A stretch of DNA of 64,000 nt, from assembly GCF_031769215.1 (NCBI RefSeq), contig NW_026782300.1, forward strand, positions 1,240,001-1,304,000, read 5' to 3'. Positions 26,941 through 38,579 of the stretch are shown piece after piece. Both the position numbers and the translations under genes were made by a program. The stretch comes from Ylistrum balloti. Lineage: Eukaryota. Below the pieces are notes generated by a model, which did not search any database, had not been told where the DNA came from, and was given only the letters and a program-made list of their open reading frames with translations. The number at the start of each line of letters is the position of its first letter. Position 1 is the first letter of the stretch.

Positions 26941-27115
26941 TAGGGTCAGAGGTCAAGATTAGTTATACTTTGATGGTCAATGGTTGAGGTTATAGGGTCA
27001 AAGGTTAAGGTCGGTCTTAGATGGTCAGTGGTTAAGGTTATAGGGTCAAAGGTTATGGTTAGTTAGTCTTTGATGGTCAGTGGTGAAGGTTAAAGGTCAA
27101 GGGTAAAGGTCACAC
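26941..27115. repeat. ~48-50-bp degenerate repeat (x3.5) rich in (A/G)GGTCA
   Basis: tagggtca at 26941, 26993, 27041; gatggtca.tggt recurs three times. Confidence 0.8.
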
Positions 27116-30100
27116 TTTACCAGTTTCGATAGAGGTAAAAATCTGAGTTATAAATTGTTTTCACTTTTTTGTGAAAGTGTGGGGCAAAATTATCAGAAAC
27201 AATGAAAAACAACAATTAGAGTGGAGATGGGGAAACCCAAAAAGGAAAAAATAGAAAATAAATATGAGATAGGTAAAGTTTGATGGAGTCAAATGAAGAG
27301 TTACAGTGAATAGGAAGTGATGAATTAAAAGAAGACAAAATGAGAGAGAAAAAAAAAGAAAAAGAATAAATAAGGAAATTAACCCTGGTGTGAATGACTG
27401 TGGGAGGATTGAGATAGAACACTTGGCAACCTTTCCAGTTTTATCTTGTTATCCCACTCGATTACTACAACAGAACATGTAGAAGGTGTAAGGGCAGAGT
27501 TATCTGCTACAGGCATGGGGGAATCCAGAGAGTCAGCGGACCATGTCTGCTCTTGATGGAAAACTTCCCTGTTACTTATGATGCAGATCATCATCATCCT
27601 TCTTGTGTTTGTCGATTCTGTGACCTTTTGACATTCAGTGTACTGTTACTGCACATACCTCAATGAAAGATAGGAGGATATGTCAGTATAGTAAGCATGT
27701 TATTGTTATTTGGAGTTATAGAGGTTTCAGATTTCTACAACTGCATATTAAATGAGAAATTTGGACTTCCGCCCTTGAAATTAATACCTGTTTATTTTTA
27801 GCATTTTATGTGTCTTTTAGTTACTTAGAAGGCTATTAAAAATGATTTAGTTACATGTATGCATACTCTAGAATGGGGAAAAAACAGTAACTTTCTCTCT
27901 AGAAATCCATCTGGAATACTTGTATTGACTGTTGAAAAAAGTAGGCTTTCTTGCTGTTAACCTTGAAGTTTGTGTGTTAGAAGACCAGGAATTGTATAAC
28001 AAAACTAGGTAAGGCCTACTGTAAAAACCTATCAGTTTGGTATGATTTTGAGATGACGTTTGGTAAGATTCACTACATCGCTGCTTGTCTCTAATATAAG
28101 AAATTGTTACTTTTTGAACCTGCTCTGATCCATTTCAGTGCCACCCTCTGTTTTTACTTGTGACATGATGGAATCTATCTCAGCTCCAAAGTATTATTGA
28201 TGTAGGATTCAATGTTCTGGCAAGGCAGCTTGCAGGGTAGACTGGAGTAATGATGTAATTTTGTAGTAGGGTCCCTAGGAGCTATCCATTTTCATTGTCT
28301 CTGGCCTAATGGCATTTTAACGTAACTGTAAAGGAAACAAGTCTAGGAATAGTCTGTCAGCGGCGTCAATATTAGTCGAGCAATGCTTTATTTAAGGCGT
28401 ATAGCTAGGCTAAGACATAGAGTAACATAGCGCTTGGATTACACATATTCTCTTGAGTTGGAATAGCATTATAAATAAAAAGTTATTGATAATAGTAACC
28501 ATTGATTTATATGTGTATCGGAAGGGAACAATGACAAGTGATCTATCTGGAAAATCAGACATGTGATGTTTGATGACCCAAAAAAAGAAAAATGAAAATT
28601 GAAGTTTGATGACAAAGATTGATGACTTGGAGAAGGATGGCAAATTATGATATCTCCAAGGAGCCAGAAGTGTAGTTTGATGATAAAAACATATATCCAA
28701 GGGTTTACTGAAGGAGGAGGAGGACGACAACTTGAACATCACCCTGGAGACAGAAGTGAGGTTGGACAATAGAAATGTTCGATCTCAAAAGGAAGACAGC
28801 AGCTTAGTAATATTGCCCAAGAGATGGCAGCACAGTTGATATTACTTCTAGGAGAACAATTCAGTGAGCCTTACAGGAAATACTGTACAATTTCCTTTAT
28901 TATATAATTGTGTGATATATTACATCACCAAAGGAGATGACTGCTTTATCTACACTCATAAGTATGCATCATTTCTTGTCAAAAGCACACACCTTACTGT
29001 ATCTTCTTACTCTGTGTGTAATGATTGGTTATTTTCTTCTCATGTTTTAAATTTACTGAATTAAATTATCATTTTTTCAGAAAAATTCTTATGGTCCTGT
29101 AAAGTTTAGAGTAAAGTAGCACATACAGTGAACACTCCGACTTTGACAGAACATGTGACAACATGGTTGTGAAGCTATGTCAACAAGAAAATACACTTCA
29201 TTGTTACTGGGAAACACATTACTTTCTTATTGTGAATGTAATAATGATAAAATCAGCATCATTTGTTTCATATTTCAGTTGTGTTCTGAAACCTTTCACA
29301 AGTGGGATGTAGATTATACTTTGTGGAATATCAAGACATTCCTGCAGTAGAATCTATATATCACAAACATAAACAAAACATAACAATCTTTAATGCCTGT
29401 TAAAATGGATACTAGCATGCATAAAAGCAATCCTGTTCAAGAACCTGTTCCTTTTTGAAGGACTTGTCACACTGTCTGGCCTATCGACTTGAGTTGAACT
29501 TGACTGATACCTGATATGTAATAGTACTCTTCTCTGTCTATCATCAAAGTAATTTATTTACATTGTGAAGAAAATAACCCCAAGTTCAGATTAAAATATA
29601 TGAAGATGTGTGTGTCTCAGGTTCAGGAATGGAAAGTCCAGAGAACTGAGGAAATATTACTTTTGTGAGAAATGTGTCTGGCCACTGTAATGGAGTAGAG
29701 AAATGTTTTCACCAACATGTATACAGTCACATACCAACAAAACATTAAAAAGAATTGTTTCTTGGGACTCTCTGCTTACAATCAGTCATTGATTCAATTG
29801 TTTGTATGTTGTAATATAAAATCATACATAAAATACTGAAAGGAGAGAAAAAAACCCAAAATCAGAATCATGAAATCATTGTATGAAATGACATGGGATA
29901 GATTTGTGATATCATTTCAATCAGATTTCACCCTCAGTCCAAAAACATTTGTATAAATGTCATTCAAGGTTCATAAAATCTGCAGTGTTACATGCCTTAA
30001 CATTCAATTTGTTAAAATTTTCCATTAATTACTGAACAAGTATTGGCTTTCATGGGCTTAAACTACACTGTTATCTCTTAAGTCCAAAATGTCCCATATT

Positions 30101-31361
30101 CCATTTATTTTATATTCCAGATTGACAGTATCATTTATAAGAAAGGTTGGAACTGTTTGGCTTTTGGTAATTGTTGAAGACTGACAGATTACCCTTCTAC
30201 ATGTCAAAAGGGTCTGTCAGATCATATATTATTTGATTTATATGTGTTGTGTGGTTAATGTGAGAGAGAATTCCCCTATGTTTTGGGCTGTCAATACAAC
30301 TTTGCTCCAAGCTAACAAATGACTGAATATTGAGCTCTTTGATAGTTTTTGATTTATGACAGTGGTAAGTGACAGATATCAATAGAACCTTATTTGTGTT
30401 TCCATTTCTTTGAAGATTTATGATATTATTCCTTAACTGGCTTCATAGTAGTAAAATTTTAAGAAAGTTTTGTTTAATATCTTATATTGTCATAAAAAAG
30501 CCATATGAACACATTGCCCATTGCTGTTTTTCAATGATACAAACTAAAAACTTACATCAGCCAAAAAGAGCTCCCCCTTTCCTTTGCTATTTTATTGTTC
30601 TTAGGATGCCTAATTTGAATGATTATGGTACATTTCACAAGGTGATATAGGAGAATGGTCCTCCTTCTCTCTACATTTTCCCATTCATGTGATACTTATT
30701 TTGATATACAGTTGTACCAGATGTGTACATTATACAAGATTATATGAGAATATTCCTTGTTTCTGACATTTTGTCCATACCAAGAGTGCTTATTTTGATA
30801 TGTGTGGTACAAAATGAGATAAGACAGAATATTTCAGTAAGGTATTGATAACAGGCCCATTATGCCATTTATCTATGTCTGGGGTGTGTGTACTATAACA
30901 TTTATTGTACAGAATGTAGAATAACAAGTGGCTGACCCTTGACAAGGTTGGTAGATTAGACGTGATGCATTGGAAAATTGTCGAGTCTGATGGAGTGTCC
31001 ACACAGGATAAAACAAACAAGCATCGATGTATAATCAATGTACAAATCACCTCCAGATTAATACCACAGACAATCTAGTTTTAGTATATTCTAAAGAATG
31101 ACTGGTATTCTCCAAAATCAATTCCACTCCTCAGTTATTCCTATTGATTATCCTGTTTTATCCTATGTAGGACCTGTTCATCCTCATCTTATGAAATCTG
31201 GACCACATTGCTGGTGTCAGAACTTGGACACTAACCAAGGGAAAGTTAATTTAATATGGTGGAGAATTGGTATTGTTATTGAATAATTTTGCTGAAGGTT
31301 TGATCCTGTATGATATCTTGTTGAGTCATGTTGTTTGATATATAACTTTTGTATTTTTCAG

Positions 31362-31383
31362 ATAATTCATGGCACAGCTACAG
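31362..31383 (+). other. Candidate 22-nt upstream microexon of the PMCA gene
   Basis: Strong acceptor tataacttttgtatttttcag| and strong donor CAG|gtatgt around ataattcATGgcacagctacag; no transcript evidence. Confidence 0.35.
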
Positions 31384-31500
31384 GTATGTACTCAGTTTTA
31401 CTCTCTTCATATGGCCAAGTTAATACAATTAACTTCTAAAATAAGGTGTACAGAGTGCTGTATTTGATAGTTAAAAAAGGGATGATGGTAATGTTATTTA

Positions 31501-32488
31501 GTACAAAACACACTTGAGATGGTGGTATGTGTTGTTTAGTACAAAACACACTTGGGATGGTGGTATGTGTTGTTTAGTACAAAACACACTTGGGATGGTG
31601 GTATGTGTTGTTTAGTACAAAACACACTTGGGATGGTGGTTTGTGTTGTTTAGTACAAAACACACTTGGGATGGTGGTATGTGTTGTTTAGTACAAAACA
31701 CATTCGGGATGGTGGTATGTGTTGTTTAGTAAAAAATATACTAGTGACGGTGGTACGTGTTGTTTAATACAAAACACACTTGGGATGGTGGTATGTGTTG
31801 TTTATTAAAAAATATACTAGTGACGGTGGTACATGTTGTTTAGTACAAAACACACTAGTGACGGTGGTATGTGTTGTTTAGTACAAAACACACTTGGGAT
31901 GGTGGTATATGTTGTTTAGTACAAAACACATTCGGGATGGTGGTATGTGTTGTTTAGTAAAAAATATACTAGTGACAGTGGTACATGTTGTTTAGTACAA
32001 AACACTCTAGTGACGGTGGTATGTGTTGTTTAGTACAAAACACACTTGGGATGGTGGTATGTGTTGTTTAGTACAAAACACATTCGGGATGGTGGTATGT
32101 GTTGTTTAGTAAAAAATATACTAGTGACGGTGGTACGTGTTGTTTAGTACAAAACACACTTGGGATGGTGGTATGTGTTGTTTAGTACAAAACACACTTG
32201 GGATGGTGGTATGTGTTGTTTAGTAAAAAATATACTAGTGGCGGTGGTACATGTTGTTTAGTACAAAACACACTAGTGACGGTGGTATGTGTTGTTTAGT
32301 ACGAAACACATTTGGGATGGTGGTATGTGTTGTTTAGTAAAAAATATACTAGTGACGGTGGTACGTGTTGTTTAGTACGAAACACACTAGTGACGGTGGT
32401 ATGTGTTGTTTAGTACGAAACACACTTGGGATGGTGGTATGTGTTGTTTAGTACAAAACAGACTTGGGATGGTGGTGTGTGTTGTGTA
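31501..32488. repeat. 38-bp minisatellite, 26 units, four interspersed variant types
   Basis: Unit gtacaaaacacacttgggatggtggtatgtgttgttta; parsed unit by unit with no indels. Confidence 0.98.
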
Positions 32489-32555
32489 GTCATCCTTAAG
32501 TCATCCTTAATTGACCATAGCTGTTCATTGGACATTAAACAATATAAAATCAAAC
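32489..32555 (+). mobile_element. SINE-like 3' tail fragment
   Basis: tcatccttaattgaccatagctgttcattggacattaaac aligns ungapped 30/40 with 52416-52455; resembles a molluscan SINE tail as I recall it (tgaccttagctgttgataggacgttaaac), followed by an A-rich end. Confidence 0.5.
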
Positions 32556-32659
32556 TTGCTAAAATAGAAAAGGTATGGTGGTAATCAGCAGAATCAGGAG
32601 AAAACTAGGGGTGATGGTGCTGTTAGAAAACTTGCAAGGAATAGTGGATACTCCATACT

Positions 32660-33390
32660 AAATACAGGAGGGATGATGGCACTCAGTGTAGAATACATAA
32701 AACGAGGTGATACATATAGAATACAGGAGGGATGGTGGCACACGATGTAGAATACATAAAACGAGGTGATACATATAGAATACAGGAGGGATGGTGGCAC
32801 CCGATGTAGAATACATAAAATGATGTGATACATATAGAATACAGGAGGGATGGTGGCACCCGATGTAGAATACATAAAACGAGGTGATACATATAGAATA
32901 CAGGAGGGATGGTGGCACCCGATGTAGAATACATAAAATGATGTGATACATATAGAATACAGGAGGGATGGTGGCACCCGATGTAGAATACATAAAACGA
33001 GATGATACATATAGAATACAGGAGGGATGGTGGCACCCGATGTAGAATACATAAAATGATGTGATACATATAGAATACAGGAGGGATGGTGGCACCCGAT
33101 GTAGAATACGTAAAATGATGTGATACATAGAGAATACAGGAGGGATGGTGGCACTCGATGTAGAATACATAGGGATAGTAGTACTCACTTTTAATGCACC
33201 ATGGAAGTATAAAATGCACAAAGGAGTGTGATATCATGTATAAAATACACAAGGGATGGTGGCACTTAATTTAAAATGCACCAGGAATGATGGTACTTTA
33301 TAGATATTATACAAGGGAGGATGGTACTGGGTGTAAAATGTATAAGGGAAGTTGATACTTATAGAATACACCAGGAATGAGGAATGGTGG
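32660..33390. repeat. 59-bp minisatellite (~9 copies to ~33180) with degenerate tail
   Basis: Unit agaatacataaaatgatgtgatacatatagaatacaggagggatggtggcacccgatgt; period 59; explains three minus-strand ORFs. Confidence 0.96.
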
Positions 33391-34118
33391 TATTTTAAAC
33401 CCATATGGTTGATAGCCAGGAAGATTCTGCATCAAATTCCTTTCTAATGTATCAAAATTGTTAGAGTACAAAGCAACAATTCATGAATAGCAAGTTTGCT
33501 GTTGAGATCTAAGGATTTTATTTTATGGATCATTGATTGTCAGATGAAGTATGAAGATTGTATATTAATTGGTACACTGGTAGATAGGAGGTTAATACTG
33601 GATACTGTTGGTTTAAATCCTGTATATATTTAATTTCAGACTCCTGGGAAAACATTCATACTAATGTTGTTTACACTGTCATCAAAATCATCAACATGAC
33701 TAATGTGTTTGATTTCTCAATTTTCATTACTCTCATCTCAAATTGAACTAAGTACTCAGTTTTCCTTCAGACCTGGTTTCTACATTTATCACACACATAT
33801 ACAAAAGCACACACAACTCAAAGGCATACTTTGTTTAGTTGTTATAATGCTGATTTTATGCCTTGTAACTGTAAATGAAGGTTTCTAATGCTGTTTTCCG
33901 TGTGAGAACTTATTGGGCTGTGAGATTTGTGTGATTACTATTATGGTGCTGGGTGTTTGAGCAGGGCCAATAATGAAATGGTTTGTATGGATGTCCCCTT
34001 GGGAGTTGATTAATGCATTAATGAGGTATTGATGCACTGTCAGCTAATCTCTGACCCAGTGATTGGACTACTGCTGCCTGTATGATGCATGCTGAAATCA
34101 GGACAAAATGCTGCATGT

Positions 34119-35162
34119 TTGCTACACATTCATGCAGACCCCAGTGGGAATTCTATGCTGTAGACTAATTCAGATACCAGTCAGGGCTCAATGCTGCAGG
34201 CTACTTCAGACCCTAGTCAGGACTCAATGCTACAGACCAATTCAGACCCCAGTCAGGTTTCAATGCTATAGACTGGTTCAGACCCTAATCAGGACTCAAT
34301 GCTGCAGGCAGATTCAGACCCTAGACAAGACTCACTGCTACAGACTGATTCAGAACCAATTCAGGACTCGATGCTACAGGCTGATTCTGACCCCAGTCAG
34401 TACTCTGTGCTACAGTCTGATTCAGTCCCCAGTCAGAAATCATTGCTGCAGGCTGACTCAGACCCATTTCTAGACTCCATGCTACAGACTAATTCAGACT
34501 CTAGCAAGGACTCAATGCTGTAGGCTGATTCAGAACCAATTCAGGACTTGATGCTACAGGCTGATTCTGACCCCAGTCAGTACTCGATGCTACAGGCTGA
34601 TTCAGACTCTAGTCAGGAGTTGTTGCTGCAGGCTGACTCAGACCCATGTCAAGACTCAATGCTACAGACTGATTCAGACTCTAGTCAGGACTCAGTGCAG
34701 CAGGCTGATTCAGAACCAATTCAGGACTCAATGCTACAGACCAATTCAGACCTCAGTCAGGTTTCAATGCTATAGACTGGTTCAGACCCTAATCAGGACT
34801 CAATGCTGCAGGCTGACTCAGACCCATGTCAAGACTCATTGCTACAGACTGATTCAGGCTCTAGTCAGGACTCAATGCTGTAGGCTGATTTAGAACCAAT
34901 TCAGGACTCGATGCTACAGGCTGATTCTGACCCCAGTCAGGAACCATTGCTGCAGGCTGACTCAGACCCCAGTCAGGAGTTGGTGCTACAAACTGATTTT
35001 GACAGCAATAAGGACTCGATACTACACTTAGATTTAGACAGCAATCTGAGCTCAATGCTACACACGGATTTAGACTGCAATCTAGACTCAAAGCTACACA
35101 CAGATTGAGACAGCAATCAAGCCACGATGCTGCTCACAGATTTAGACAGCCATTGTGCTGTG
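34119..35162 (+). repeat. 36-bp tandem array, 29 units in exact register, highly diverged
   Basis: Unit starts at 34119+36n through 35127 (next atg at 35163); consensus atgctacaggctgattcagaccccagtcaggactca. Confidence 0.97.
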
Positions 35163-36717
35163 ATGCTGCTTTTTTGACTTCATGCTGAATCTGAGTCCTT
35201 TAATGGAACACATTAGGTAGCAGTCTGTTCAGCTATATTTTTCATTTATTTTATATTTTCAATAAGTTTGCAAGTATTGAAAATAGATAATTGAAAAAGA
35301 ATTTCCAAATTTGTAGAAATGAACTTCTTTTGCACCTATACAGACTTTGCACAACCCTGGATGATCAAGATTGTCTTTCTCTCAATAATGCTTCAAAATG
35401 CAGTCTTTGATAACGAAGTTAATATCAGTGTAACATAGGAGAAACAGTTGTTAGGTAAAAATATAGTACCAGGAGTTATTACAGTTTCAAGGGGAAGCAA
35501 TTTGATAAATGATAAACATAGTCTATAAAAAAAATAACAGATCTCCTTTTCTGTTGTCTTGGGTACATAAAAAACAATAACTTGTATATGATTTAGGGAT
35601 AGGAAGGGAAATAACTCCAAAAGATTTTCAATCATTACAGTAGTAATACATTGGGTTTGGCTATAATTCTGAAATCAGGAGAGGGCCATGTACATGGATA
35701 GTTGTATATGTACAATTAACCAAAACCCAAATGCAATGGTACTATTTTCAAAATGCTGGTTTTCCTTCGGTTGCCATGGTAATCAAAATCTACTTTGTAT
35801 CTGTGGGGGTGGAAATTATCTTCAGAGTGACAGTTCTAGTAACTTTTCAACTTCCTCATATTAATGGAAATTAGGAATCAACAGATAAAAGTTTGAATTG
35901 ACATCTCAGATTTGATACACAATCATTCATTTTTATGCCGATTGCTTCACATGTCCTGTCATGAGGCATTTTATTTTGATAAAACTTAAATGCTAAGGAC
36001 AGCTTTAATGTTGACTTGTAAAGATTTGTATGTGACGTGGTGACAGTTAAAGCATGGCTGTTTCTGGTTTTTAGCCTGCTTCTGGTATAAAATCATCAAA
36101 ACTGCTCACATGACAACTCATCAGTATGTATACTCAAATTAACTAAGGACAGCAGCACATAAAATTTGACTCATAGTCAGGGGATGGGAGGACAATTATA
36201 TGCCGCTTGTTGTTGAGTCTTTTGAGCAGCAAATATGTATTGTTGGGAATTTATTATTATGGATGGGCTTATTGCAAGGTAAGTAGAATTGACTATATCA
36301 AAAAGATTTTTTTCTTTACTGAGAAGAAAACATAGTATTTCTATGTATAGATCAAGATACCTTAATAATGTGAAAAGATTCAATTTTGTATCATCGATTG
36401 TCTGTGAATCTGTCCTGTGTTTGTTATCTGAGATGCCGCTGAATAATAAAATTGTTTCCAGTCATAAACTTAAGATGATCTCTGAGAAAATGTCTTTAAT
36501 TGTCAGTTTGGTCAGCAAAGATCTGTCTTCACACCTCATTCATCAAGGTATTGTATCCTGTTTTGTTATGAAGTGTCCAAAGTCATAACTGATAGATAGA
36601 ATTGAACATGACAATGTTGGTCAAAATAATTTTACTGTGATTGTGTTTTAACTTTGCTAGATTTGTTGAAATCAGATGTAACATAGTATGAATTTGAAGT
36701 TTGTTGAAGTAGACTTC

Positions 36718-37115
36718 AGTACTACAGTTGCAGGAGTGTAGCTGTTATAATTAGCATTTGAAGATTTAAAGCTACAATTTCAGGAGTCTAGCTGTTATAA
36801 ATAGCATTTGAAGATTTATTGTTGAAATAGACTTTAAAGCTACAATTTCAGGAGTGTAGCTCTTATAAATAACATTCGACGATTTAAAGCTACAATTTCA
36901 GGAGTGTAGCTGTTATAATTAGCATTCGACGATTTAAAGCTACAATTTCAGGAGTGTAGCTGTTATAATTAGCATTCGACGATTTAAAGCTACAATTTCA
37001 GGAGTCTAGCTGTTATAAATAGCATTTGAAGATTTATTGTTGAAATAGACTTTTAACGCTACAGTTTCAGGAGTGTAGCTCTTATAAATAACATTTGAAA
37101 GTTTATTGTTGAAAT
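36718..37115. repeat. 50-bp minisatellite with ~70-bp insertion variants
   Basis: tacaatttcaggagt at 36841, 36891, 36941, 36991; longer units carry attgttgaaatagacttt. Confidence 0.93.
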
Positions 37116-38579
37116 AATAACAGTAGCAGGAAGTAGAGTGAATGACTTATTTGGTCTCTACTGAGACATGGCCAGGAATTCACAAGGAAATGTAAATTTC
37201 TGAAGAATTTTCTTCCATTTCGTTACAAAGAAGGGGATCCTGAGAGTTGCCATGGTAACAGGACAATGGTTGCAGTACTAATTGATTGGGAGCTGGTGGA
37301 TGGGTAAATCTATGGAGCATGGGCTGTGATTATACTTTGGGTCTGAAAGTAGACTGGGACATCGTGGAGATATCTTTTAGCTATGGTATATTCAGTGTTT
37401 GTGTGTGTGTTTCCGTCAGTTTGTCAGAAGCTGCAACACCACAAGCACCAAACACACTAGCGATTTATTGGAGAATCATGTGACACTCAGTCAAGATTTT
37501 CAGGAAAAAGTAAGCAGCCTCCGCCGCTGTTTGATCTGGACATATATAAATGTATGTATACATCGTTTGTGTGTAATGTCTCTATAGATAGTGTGTTGGT
37601 CAGCTGTCATCCTGTAGTAGACAACACTGTAGAGTGGCACGAGACTGGATGTGAACACCACTGTGAGAGGAAGAGGAGAGAACCAGATGTGGTATACCCA
37701 TGTTGTGCTATGTGGGTCTGGCCAGCTGGTGGTGGTGAAGTAGTATAACCAGCATAATGACATCATTATGGTATAGTGGACTACTACTGTAGAGCCATTG
37801 ACCAGAGGTGTTGTTGGTGTGGACATAGAAAAGTCCAGTGGTCATCACTAACCTCCAACATACATACCATTATAGATTATCAATATGTGAATCCATTGTA
37901 AAAATATCTGGTGGAGAGTGTGAATCACCTGATGGTACTACAGTATACTGGAGAACAGGACTGGACATTCCCTCGACCACAGGAGGCGTGATACTCTGGT
38001 AATACAGGGCAAGCAGGGATTATTATAACATCAGAAAGAAGGGATATGATTGTCTGTGCTGATTACACATGTGCTGTCTAATGTGAGATATACTCTCACT
38101 GCTGTCCTGTCTGCCATATGATTACTGTCCTATTCATTATAGGAAATAGGATCCCATATCTTCAAGAAGATATATATATATATATTAACATATTGGTTAG
38201 ATTTATTATTTGCAATGTGTGATCAGTGCTCCAGCTAAACACATATGGTCACAGACTCAGTAATGGTTTCCTGGACATGAGGAGTAACAGAGATTTTATG
38301 GTATGTGTGTGGTGTGTGTACTAACACAGGACAAGATTCCATCAACAGCAGCAGTTCTGTATAACAGGTAGGATTGATATTCCTATAAACCTCTGTACAA
38401 GATTTGATATATACATTGGTGTTGTTATTCATTTTTCATGTTGTGGGAAAAGTTCTATCAAAATGTAGGTGATATTGTTGTCAGACATGTTGTCATCATT
38501 ATAGTTCTCATGTCATGTGAATGATATGTTTCACTTATCATGTCAGATAGATTTGTTTTGCTTGAAATGTTGTCATTGC

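Noticed and set aside
31501-32488. Repeat-with-variable-segment pattern suggestive of a CRISPR array
   Set aside because: The variable parts are a few recurring point variants, not unique spacers; eukaryotic context and no cas genes.
32594-33252. Three overlapping minus-strand ~187-aa ORFs
   Set aside because: Artefact of the 59-bp array.
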